From assembly GCF_004010195.1 (NCBI RefSeq), contig NC_057718.1, positions 99,288,950 through 99,308,949 of the forward strand: 20,000 nt of DNA, given 5' to 3'. Each line of letters begins with the position of its first letter. Within the stretch, counting starts at the first letter, position 1. Shown here in pieces: positions 10,122 through 19,023 of this stretch. The notes under the pieces were generated by a model. It searched no databases, was not told the origin of the DNA, and saw only the letters and a program-made list of their open reading frames with translations. A program made the translations under genes and the position numbers. The stretch is from Chiloscyllium plagiosum. Taxonomy: Eukaryota.

Positions 10122-10475
10122 AGGATCATGTAGAGTGCGGAAGTGTTGAGCCAAATGGGCTGTAATTACTTTGTGATCAATAAGGCAATCATTTCGTCAA
10201 CATTGACGGACTTGGTCGCTGTCAACAACAATGACAGTGAGCACACTTGTAAAATAATTTGCTGCATGTGAAGAGCTTTGTGATACATGGCTGGGAAAAA
10301 GGAAAAGGCATTATGTAAATGCAGTACCTTCCAATTTGTGGGAAAGGACAATCTGTCACCAATGCCGAGTGAATGGGTGGATGGGGCGGGTCCAACCATT
10401 GCAGGGAATTGGACATTTACTGAGATGGAACCGAGCTGCATTCAATGAACTGACTGCTCCCAATTGGGGAGATCT

Positions 10476-11190
10476 TGGCCCTAGCTGTATTATTGCTGGA
10501 CTGTTAATCTGAAGACCCGAGTAAAGTTCTGGGGACTGGGGTTTGAACCCTGCCACGGCAGATGATGGAATTTGAATTCAATAATCTCTGGAATTAAGAA
10601 CCCCATGATGAATTGATGGTCACAAAAACCCATCTGGTTCACCTGTGGTGAACTGTGATTTCACTGACTGTATGTTACTCCTCTTGTTTTCTTTTGAGCA
10701 AGGACAATACTGATTTTATGGCAGGGCCTAGCCCCTGCACTATGGGTTTTAGTGTCTGCACTTTCCTTTTCGAATGTGTTTTCACTTTTTGGTATTTGGA
10801 TTGAGCCCTTGTGAGCCAACTGTACTTTTACAGTTGAACTGTATCTCTGTGAGTAGGCCTGGGCCTCTGTAGATGACTGAACACTTGTGTGTGTGCTGGG
10901 AGGTGTGCATTCACTGCCTTCAGGCGTGGATTCAGCTTTTTTGACGGTCAGTTTTGTTGCCTGCACTGTGTCTTGTGTGTCCCTGAGAAAAAATGAAAGT
11001 TAAAAAAAAAAACATCTGGTTCATTAGTGTGCTTTAGTAAAGGAAATTGTCATCTTTCCATGGTCTGGCCTACATGTGACTCCACACCCACAGTGGTTGA
11101 CTCTGAACTGACCTCTGGGCAATTAGGGAAGGCTGCTAATTGGTGGCTTGGCCAGTGACACCCTCATACTGTGAATGAATAAAATAAAAC
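10476..11190 (+). mobile_element. tRNA-headed SINE (second family), interrupted at 10642-11012
   Basis: B-box-like GGTTTGAACCC (10540-10550), body colinear with 8138-8580, ends GTGAATGAATAAAATAAAA. Confidence 0.8.
10642..11012 (+). mobile_element. 371-bp poly(A)-tailed retro-insertion with perfect 11-bp TSD
   Basis: CATCTGGTTCA at 10631-10641 and 11013-11023. A11 tract at 11002-11012. Confidence 0.85.
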
Positions 11191-11244
11191 AAGAAAGAAA
11201 TGTTGCTATCTTCTAATCAATCAGCTCAGGTGCGGCTCTGGGCC

Positions 11245-11943
11245 AGCTGGGGTCTGAACTTGGATCCCCTCGCCAAGAGGTGCGAGCATTACCACTGCAC
11301 AACAATAGCCCATTGCTGTTAGTCATAGAGTCACAGAGATGTACAGTACAGAAACAGACCCTTCAGTCCAACTCGTCCATGCCGACCAGATATCCTAAAC
11401 CAATCTGGTCCCACCTGTCAGCATCCAGCCCATATCCCTATACCCTTGCTAGTCATATACCCATCCAGATGCCTTTTAAATGTTGCAATTGTACTAGACT
11501 CCACCACTTCCTCTCATAGAGATATTCCTAATCATACCTGCTCAGAGATGATGTGACACAATTCTGGAGAAGGTGAGACTAGCCCAGAGGTAGGGGCACT
11601 ACCACTGCATCACAAGTGGCCTTAGGGTGTGTACATATGGTTAAGACCAGGGACTGTTGAGAGCTGAATGGCCTGTCTCGATGTTGCAGTCATTATCATC
11701 AATGGACATGCTGCGACACCCTCTCTGGGTTAGGTAGGACTTGAATCTGGAATTTCTAGCTTAGAGTTAGGGGCACTACCACTGCATCACAAGAGGTCTC
11801 AACTTCTGTGCTACTGCCAATCATAGATATTTTCTGAATAATCTGTCCAGAGATATTACTACACCACTCAGGAATGGGTGGGATGTGAACCAGGTCTCTT
11901 GGCTGAGAGGTAGGGACACTACCATTGCACCACAAGAGACTTC
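11245..11943 (-). repeat. Cluster of four short tRNA-head (A/B box) repeat copies
   Basis: TAGGGGCACTACCACTGCATCACAAG is identical at 11591-11616 and 11768-11793, 23/26 at 11911-11936, and weaker at 11281-11306. Minus strand reads TGRTGCARTGGTAG (A-box) with GGTTCACATCCC/GATTCAAGTCC (B-box). Confidence 0.75.
11321..11514 (-). mobile_element. CR1/HER1 3' end
   Basis: Reverse complement matches 2347-2412 plus 2536-2664 (GAGGAAGTGGTGGAG...TTTAAAAGGCATCTGGATGGGTATATG...TGACTCTATGACT tail). Confidence 0.9.
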
Positions 11944-11990
11944 AACTCCTGTCCAGCACATCGTCTGCTATATGACAGGTTATTCAGTCC

Positions 11991-12617
11991 GAGACAAAAA
12001 AGCTGCAGATGCTGGAATCCAAAGTAGGCAAGCAGGAGGCTGGGGGAAGACAGCAAGGCAGGCAGCATCAGGAGGCTGGGGGAAGACAGCAAGGCAGGCA
12101 GCATCAGGAGGCTGGGGGAACACAGCAAGGCAGGCAGCATCAGGAGGCTGGGGGAACACAGCAAGGCAGGCAGCATCAGGAGGCTGGGGGAAGACAGCAA
12201 GGCAGGCAGTATCAGGAGGCTGCGGGAACACAGCAAGGCAGGCAGCATCAGGTGGTAGGGAGGTCAACATTTCAGGATCTGAAGAAGGGTTACACCTGAA
12301 ATGTTGACTTCTCCACCTCCTGATACTGCCTGCCTTGCTGTGTTCCACCAGCTTCCTGATGCTGCCTGCCTTGCTGTGTTCCCCCACCCTCCTGATACTG
12401 CCTGCCTTGCTGTGTTCCACCAGCCTCCTGATGCTGCCTGCCTTGCTGTGTTCCCCCAGCCTCCTGATGCTGCCTGCCTTGCTGTGTTCCCCCAGCCTCC
12501 TGATGCTGCCTGGTTTGCTGTCTTCCCCCAGCCTCCTGATGCTGCCTGGTTTGCTGTGTGCCCCCAGCCTCCTGCCTGTCTATCTTGGATTACAGCATCT
12601 GCATTTTTTTTTGTCTC
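11991..12617. repeat. Long inverted repeat of two Penelope terminal repeats, each with a 36-bp tandem expansion (6 and 7 units)
   Basis: Left arm unit CAGGAGGCTGGGGGAA(G/C)ACAGCAAGGCAGGCAGCAT x6; right arm is its reverse complement x7. Outer ends are GAGACAAAAAA.CTGCAGATGCTG and CAGCATCTGCATTTTTTTTTGTCTC. 18-nt loop at 12277-12294. Confidence 0.95.
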
Positions 12618-12619
12618 TA

Positions 12620-12690
12620 ACTAGTAATCCAGAGGCCCAGGCAACTGTTCTGAGGATCTACATTCAAATCCCATCACTGCAGCGGTGGAG
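12620..12690 (+). mobile_element. Head fragment of the second SINE family
   Basis: ACTAGTAATCCAGAGGCCCAGGCAACTGTTCTGAGGA...TTCAAATCCCATCAC resembles 10500-10557. Confidence 0.6.
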
Positions 12691-12740
12691 GGGGGTGGAG
12701 GGGGGGGTAGTTTGAAACCAGTTCACAATTCTTCAGTCCT

Positions 12741-12841
12741 GTCCCGAGGAAGGGTTACACCTGAAATGTTGACTTCTCCACCTCCTCCTGATGCTGCCTG
12801 GCTTGCTGTGTTCCCCCAGCCCCCATGCCTGTCTACTCAGG
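12741..12841 (+). mobile_element. Unexpanded Penelope terminal-repeat monomer
   Basis: CCGAGGA-A-GGGT-TAC-ACCT-GAAA-TGTTGACTTCTCCACCTCC..., with a single 36-bp unit. Near-identical to 12279-12345. Confidence 0.85.
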
Positions 12842-13240
12842 TTATTAAATCCAGTTTTTGTTTTCAAATCAGTATTTCTAACCAACCTGTTTGGATTTTG
12901 TGGAACAATTGGGACAGGAACTCCTAGTTCAGAGCTAGGGACACTATCACACTGCTTCAAAAGCCCTCAACTACTGTCAATTGTGTAGTAATTATGTTAA
13001 TCATATGCAGTTGAGTATAGGTATTTAATTATAATTGATTACATTGCTTGGTGCTTTATCTGAGAGAGTATAATGAATAGTGAGGGTCTTGTCGTACTGT
13101 CCCTATCTCTGGGCTAGAATCTCTTGCTTCGAGTCACTAGATGTGATGACCATGGAGTTAGATCATGATATTCCTAAATATGATGATTGAAAATGGTTCT
13201 ATTTTACTACAAGGAGGTAAAGCTTTTCAGATGGCTGGTC

Positions 13241-13588
13241 ATAGAATCATAGAATCCTTACAATATGGAAACAGGCCCTTCAGCCCAATAAGTCCACATC
13301 AATTCTTCAAAGAGCAACCTACCCAGACCCACTCCATTATCCTATATTTACCCCTGAACAATATTTACCTAACCTACACACCCCTGAACACTACGGGCAA
13401 TTTATCCTGGCCAATTCACCGAACCTACACACCCCTGAACACTACGGGTAATTTAGCCTGGCCAATTCACCTAACCTGCACATCTTTTGGATCATGGGAG
13501 CAAACCAGAGCAAATCCACACAGACACAGGAAGAACATACAAACTCCACATGGACAGTGAGACAGCAGTGCTAACCACTGAGCCACCC
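13241..13588 (-). mobile_element. HE1-type SINE with internal 51-bp tandem duplication and B-box deletion
   Basis: Tail ATAGAATCATAGAATCC, head AACCACTGAGCCACC. 13371-13421 is repeated at 13422-13472. Confidence 0.9.
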
Positions 13589-13983
13589 AAAACTTTGAGA
13601 GGGAGCTCACACCGAGGAGCATTAACTTGCTGTCAAGGGATTGTCTGCCTGTCTCCGGGGAGAAAGGCCAAACGCAGAAATCTGCAGAGCACCAGTTCTG
13701 TCGAGCTTGCATGAAGCATTGGCCAATGATAGAACAATGCTGACCAATATCCTGGGGCAGCGAGACTCAGGGCTATAGATGATAGGGAGGGCTCACAACA
13801 GGCATTGGTGGGGAGGTGGGGGGATGGTGCAAGGAACGAGGGCTGTAGGGTGACCAAGGAATGGATGAGGCAGGCTTCAAGGGAAGAGCTCCAGATTAGG
13901 AAGGATATCCATGATGGAGGCAATGCGCTCTCCGCTATCAACTGTCTCCACACTTCTATTCTGCTGGGCTCCTCCTTCTCTCA

Positions 13984-14321
13984 GGGCAACACGGTGGCTC
14001 AGTGGTAGCACTGCTGCCTCACAGCGCCAGGGACCCAAGTTCAATTCCACCCTCAGGCGACTGGCTGTGTGGAGTTTGCACATTCTCCCTGTGTCTGTGT
14101 GGGTTTCCTCCCATAGTCCAAAGATGTGCAGGTTAGGGTGAATTGGCCATGCTAAATTGTCCCATAGTGTTCGGGGATGTGTAGGTAAGGTGCATTAGTC
14201 AGCGGTAAATGTAGAGTAATAGGGTAGGGGAATGGGTCTGAGTGGGATACCCTTCGGAAGGTCGGTGTGGACTTGTTGGGCCAAATGGCCTGTTTCCACA
14301 CTGTAGGGATTCTATGATTCT
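13984..14321 (+). mobile_element. HE1-type SINE, full length
   Basis: GGTGGCTCAGTGGTAGC (A-box), AGTTCAATTCC (B-box), core, and tail GGGCCAAATGGCCTGTTTCCACACTGTAGGGATTCTATGATTCT. Confidence 0.93.
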
Positions 14322-14787
14322 TACCTCAGCCCATCTTGTAGCTGTAGAAATCACAACCGGGCAGGAGGTGACCCCAGAAGGAGCCATTAACAGGGGCTTC
14401 AATTGAGGTGAGTGTAGGCCAAGTGCCTTCGGTACCCTGCAAGATTACTGTCAGCTGGGGACTGGTGCCCAGGTCGTGCCAAGATCAGGATGTTACAGGA
14501 TTTCCTCACCCACAATAATAAGCTGCTCACTGACCTCCGTGAGGTGGTTGGGTTTGGAAATGTCCACCATGCAGATAAATGTGAGTCTGCCCGTCAAGAT
14601 TGGCTCTGGTACCATCCTTTTCCAAACAGCCTTCTGCAAAGCAACAGGTGCCCTTTGCTGTTGTGGTGAAAACACAAAAATGACTGAAATTCTTTATCGG
14701 CAGTGAGCTGCTTCGAGTCACTTCAGCGTAAGACATAAAAGCAGCTTTGTAGGATTTTGTAAGTTGTTCCTGAGGATGCATATGCAG

Positions 14788-14813
14788 GTGTGTGTGTGTG
14801 TGTGAGTGTGTGT
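14788..14813. repeat. (GT)n microsatellite, one interruption
   Basis: Read directly from the sequence. Confidence 0.9.
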
Positions 14814-15828
14814 CTGATCCCTTTCTGTTCCAGCTTATACATGGGAACTATTTCGGGAAAAAAAACTGCCCGGTAAAGGCATATTTGCAGGAAAATGTTT
14901 GACTTGGCCTGGCTTTCAGTTTATTTTAGGCTCAACTCCCCTCATCTGGCTGACTATTTGAAAATGATTGTAACGTAAAGCTCCTCCAGGACTTCCCACT
15001 ACACTGGTGGTCCTCTCAGTCCTGAAATATTCTGTTTTGGAAAGCGAGCACAGGTTGCAATGAAGCCAGTGCAGAGTTTATATCATGCTGCTCATTGTAT
15101 CACAAAGCCTTTATCGGGGAGTGACTCAACTGTACCTTGAGTTGGTGACAACCCCTTTCTTCAATACAATCCCCACCACACTTCAACAAGTAGGCGGGAG
15201 AAATGTTTCAGAACTGCACCTCGGTATGTGATCAATGTTTAAACGTTGGCACAATGATGGGGGCTAGTCCTCAGACAAAGAAAAAACACTGAAATACTGA
15301 TCTCTGCCATTTTCCTGTAACTGCTCTCCCTGCTGTCAGAAAATGAAAATAAATATAGATTAGGAAGGGCAGATTCAAAACAAATCAGAGAGCGAGAGGA
15401 CAGAGCCTGGAAAGGACAAAAGCAGACAGAGATGAGGCATTGTCTGCAGCTCGCTGGAAGTTGTAAGTTTTGACGGCAAAGGTGGTTGGTATTGTGGGTG
15501 CCTGTAGCAAGCGATAGATGTTTCCAAAATCCATACACCCATCGTACTCATTCAGGTCAATTACATTCCTTTATTTGTTATTTGCTGATGAGAAAATGCT
15601 TTAATTCTTCACCCGAAACAGACAGTATTTTATGCTGGTTCTACACTCACAGTCACTCCTTTGTGGGTGTTGTAGTTAATATTGGCCTGACTTTGAAATC
15701 AGTTGGATTTAAAGAAAGGTTACTCCAGAAGACATATTGTGAAGGATGATGCTTGCCTCAACAGCTGCAGGGGGAATCCACACCTTCCTTTCTGGAAAAA
15801 TATATGTCTGTGCTCATCAAAGTGAGGG

Positions 15829-16710
15829 ATTAGAATTAGAATTAGCTTTATAGTCACATGCACTTTAATGAGGACAGAGAAAATTTTACAACTCACCACT
15901 TACGGCACCAATTTAGCTACAAAGGTACCCAGGGACAGGTTCTTAGCTTTAAATTCTTAAGGAAAGGAATTAGTAAAATAAAGAAATAAAAAGGTCAGAA
16001 TGATGCTTCCAACCCAGTCTGCACCACCAACCAGGCTCCAGACTGCGCCAGGCTGCACCCCGAGAGTCTTAAGGCTGGAAGACTGTTCTGGAAACACCTC
16101 AATGCCGAACTCCACGCTGAGGGCCTTAATAGGCCAAGTTACCCCCATATCTGGCCAAGAGACCGCCACATGAGGCTGAGAGACCCCCACAGCAGGTTGA
16201 GAGACCGCTACACCAGAACGAGAGACCCCCCTCAGCAGGTCGAGAGACCGCTACACCAGACCGAGAGACCCCCACACCAGGCTGAGAGGCCCTGACATCG
16301 GGCTGAGAGACCACCACCAGGCTGAGAGACCACCATCGGGTTGAGAGACCACCACCAGGCTGAGAGACCACCATCGGGTTGAGAGACCACCACTGGGCCG
16401 AGAGACCACCACCGGGTTGAGAGCCCACCACTGGGCTGAGAGACCACCTTTGGGCTGAGAGACCACCATCAGGCCGAGAGACCACCACACCGGACCGAGG
16501 GACCGGCACACCAGACCTAGAGACATCTAAACCAGGCTGATAGACTGCCACACTGGGCCAAGAGACCACTACACTGGGCCGGGAGGCCTCCACACTGACC
16601 CATAGGCCCCCCATGCCAACCCAAGAGACTGTCAGGCTACTGGGAGACCACCATGTCAGGCCAAGAGACCATCACACCGGGCAGAGAGACCGCCACGCCA
16701 GGCTGCCAGG
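15829..16710 (-). mobile_element. Non-autonomous retroelement with (CTAATT)n tail, Rex/Babar-like 3' motif and internal GC-rich VNTR
   Basis: Minus strand ends TTTCTCTGTCCTC...GTGCATGTGACTATAAAG(CTAATT)n, similar to the Rex end TTTCACTGTACCTCGGTACACGTGACAATAAA at 18119-18150. The 5' boundary is uncertain. Confidence 0.6.
16152..16703. repeat. Minisatellite of 21-bp and 19-bp units (core GAGAGACCACCA)
   Basis: Nine 19-bp units such as CTGAGAGACCACCACCAGG at 16303-16473, flanked on both sides by more diverged 21-bp units such as CCGAGAGACCCCCACACCAGG. Confidence 0.92.
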
Positions 16711-16749
16711 AGATGTTAGTGACAGGGGGCCTTAGTAGTGACTGCTGCA

Positions 16750-17072
16750 GATCAGGTGGTAGCAGCCCTACCTCTGAGTTCAAAACTCTGCCTTGTTTAA
16801 GAGTCCAAGCTCACTTTAGTCGGGCACTGAGTGAATGCTGCTTGGGTGGATGTGAAAGATCCCATGACATTAAGGTGAAGCAGGCGCACAATGGCTCCCT
16901 CTGGAGTCCAGGTTAATACTTCATTCAGCATCATGCACTGAAAGAGAATCATTATTGGTCATTACACAGTGCTTGGAGCTTGGCAGTTGCTAAAATGCTT
17001 CATCACTTTGCAACCATGACTCGAAAGATACTTTGGGATGTTACGAAAGGCACTAAATAAATGCAATTTTGT
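16750..17072 (+). mobile_element. Old Deu-domain SINE (SacSINE1/AmnSINE1-like)
   Basis: GGTGGATGTGAAAGATCCCATGACA (Deu core as recalled) and 3' end CTTTGGGATG...GAAAGGCACTAAATAAATGCAA. Confidence 0.7.
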
Positions 17073-17308
17073 TTCACTCTTCCAAAATTGAGCATCATGT
17101 CTCAGGTCAAGCACAGCAGGTTTAGCTTCTTTGTTAATCTTTATCAACACAGCCATGACTAACAATGCTGCACCCCCCCCCACCCCATAGGATACCATCA
17201 CCCATTTCCACAGTCGGCCGCATTGCCTGCTCGCTGTTATTTATACCCAGCTCTTTGGCTCAAATGATCGATGAGAAGAGTAGCCACAGAAGTCTGAAAT
17301 CACACAAA

Positions 17309-17514
17309 ATGTCCACTCTGCCCATCACATCTAGGCTGGCTCTTTCCTGGGCAAACAGGAAGTCCCTCCTCTGTACCATCCTGTCCACTAGGACCTCTGG
17401 GGCCTTGTGCGCTAAGTGGGAAGCCAACTCCTCCTTGTCTGCTCCATCCAGATCGAATGCCTGCGCCGGTGCAGGGCAGCCAAGAATTGACTGGACACCC
17501 ATCGGCCTTTTAAG
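17309..17514 (+). CDS. Candidate coding exon (MSTLPITSRLALSWANRKSLLC...PRIDWTPIGLL + phase 2), unassigned
   Basis: ACAAAATGT (A at -3), 68 open codons ending at AAG|GTAAAA. Possible acceptor TATACCCAG| at 17250. Unique, GC-richer island between repeats. No recognisable homology. Confidence 0.3.
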
Positions 17515-17823
17515 GTAAAACACTGGTGCCAGGGATATTGGTATCTACTGCAATATCCCTGGCATTGAGGAGTGTTTCTGGCTATGGTGAAAGGGAGAAT
17601 CATTGAGCAAGACGGCCATGGTGGGTCCTTAATAAGATAAACCTGGGGCAATGGCAGGAGAAAAAAGGCTGGGAGTAATCGCTCACGAAACTCAATGAAA
17701 ATGACACTTTGGCAAAATACAGGAGATTCACAAGCAAGAGTTTGTAACAAATGTGGAATGAGTTGCTTTATAGCTACACAGGTCACTGTGGCAAGACTTG
17801 AAGAAGGCTGTTATAATGAAGGA

Positions 17824-18405
17824 GGACTTGTATTTATATAACGCCTTTTGGCATGCCAACACATTTCACTGCCAATGTTGTGCCACTGAAGTGATTTAGG
17901 ATTTGCAGCAAGGAGTTCAAATAAAGCAGGCTCCCCACAGAAGCCTGAACAAGCACCAGCTGGTTTCACAGCCTACTGTTGTTAGAATACTGAATGGACT
18001 CACAAACTCTTAACCCTCGCCTGTATCTGTGTTTTTGTTTTTGCCGCTGTTTACCTATTATTTACTATCTACGCTACTTAACTCTGTGATCTGTCTCTAC
18101 TGCTCGCAAGACAAAGCCTTTCACTGTACCTCGGTACACGTGACAATAAACTCAATTCAATTCAATTCAATTCAATTCAATTAAGCCACATGTTAATGAG
18201 GAGAAGCTCTATTTCTGTGATGTTGATTGAGGGATTAATAAGGACCACGACACCAGGGAAGATTCCACTGCTCTTCGTTGCAGTGATGATGTGGAATCTT
18301 TCATCTTCACCTGGGAGGACAAGTGGTATCTCTGTCTTCTGCAGAGGGCAGCAGCTTCCACAGTGCAGCACTCCCTCAGAACTGCACTGGAGAATCCGTC
18401 TAAAT
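17824..18405 (-). mobile_element. Old Deu-domain SINE interrupted by a Rex fragment
   Basis: GACTTGTATTTATATAACGCCTTT (reversed tail). After 18185 come GTGATGTTGATTGAGGGA...GACACCAGGGA...CTGCTCTTC and ACAGTGCAGCACTCCCTCAGAACTGCACTGGAG. Confidence 0.7.
17938..18182 (+). mobile_element. Rex1/Babar LINE 3' end with (TTCAA)n tail
   Basis: Reverse-complement match to 19293-19535. Ends GTGACAATAAACTCAA(TTCAA)5. Confidence 0.88.
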
Positions 18406-18512
18406 CTTCCTCGCTGGCATTATTCCATCAGCTCACTTCAAGCGCAGTCTCAGAAGCTCATGTGCTGGTCTGCAGCCTCAGTCAATCGTATACCTTTCCA
18501 CAGCCAGTGTTG

Positions 18513-18810
18513 GGGTGGCATGGTGGCTCAGTGGTTAGCACTGCTGCCTCACAGCACTAGGGACCCAGGTTCGATTCCAGCCTCGGGTGACTGCCTGTGT
18601 GGAGTTTGTACGTTCTCCCCGTGTCTGTGAGGGTTTCCTCCCAAAATCCTAAGATATGCAGGTCAGGTGGGTAGCTGCGCTAAATTGTCCAGGGATCTGC
18701 AAGCTAGATTGATTAGCCACGGGAAATGTGGGATTATTGGGGAGGGATTGGGATGCTCTTCGGGAGGTCGATATGGGCTAAATGGCCTGCTTCCCACTGT
18801 AGGAATTCTA
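18513..18810 (+). mobile_element. HE1-type SINE
   Basis: GGTGGCTCAGTGGTTAGC, GGTTCGATTCC, core, and tail AAATGGCCTGCTTCCCACTGTAGGAATTCTA. Confidence 0.92.
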
Positions 18811-18863
18811 AGTTCAGAAACTGAATGGGAGTGATATTACTTTAGCAAGGACGCTTGCCTTAC

Positions 18864-18979
18864 TAAGGCATACAGACCGTGTGCTGGACAATGGGATTAG
18901 AATAGTGAGGAGGTTATTTTGTTACTGGTGCGCTCTCGGTGGGCTGAGAAGCCTTTTTCTGTGCTGTAGATCACTGACT
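18864..18979 (+). mobile_element. CR1-type 3' UTR relic
   Basis: GTGCTGGACAATGGGATTAG...TGGGCTGAGAAGCCTTTTTCTGTGCTGTAGATCACTGACT. Confidence 0.6.
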
Positions 18980-19023
18980 TCTTTCATTTGTTTTTCCCAC
19001 TCCAGATTACACGTTGAGAAACC

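Noticed and set aside
11591..11936. Conserved 26-mers separated by variable sequence (array-like)
   Set aside because: The intervals are 143-177 bp and themselves weakly homologous. The 26-mer is a SINE-type A-box region, not a CRISPR repeat.
11991..12617. CRISPR-like appearance of 36-bp repeats
   Set aside because: Units are directly adjacent with no unique spacers, there are no cas genes, and the context is vertebrate.
12684..12708. G-rich tract as a G-quadruplex
   Set aside because: Only two long G runs. It is not a canonical four-run G3 motif and looks like a low-complexity expansion in a SINE relic.
11885..12715. Several 96-146 aa ORFs with 12-aa repeats (GGWGKTARQAAS, PPDAACLAVFPQ)
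   Set aside because: They result from a stop-free 36-bp unit derived from a Penelope terminal repeat. They are open in several frames on both strands, with no splice or promoter support.
13984..14060. tRNA gene calls at SINE heads (also 1610-1681, 18513-18580)
   Set aside because: The A and B boxes run directly into SINE body and tail, so these are not standalone tRNA genes.
16126..16614. 162-aa Val/Ser/Gly-rich minus-strand ORF
   Set aside because: It is the translation of the minisatellite, and overlapping frames are equally open.
17309..17514. Assigning a gene name to the candidate exon
   Set aside because: No conserved domain is present, and short motif resemblances to known N-termini are too weak without a search.
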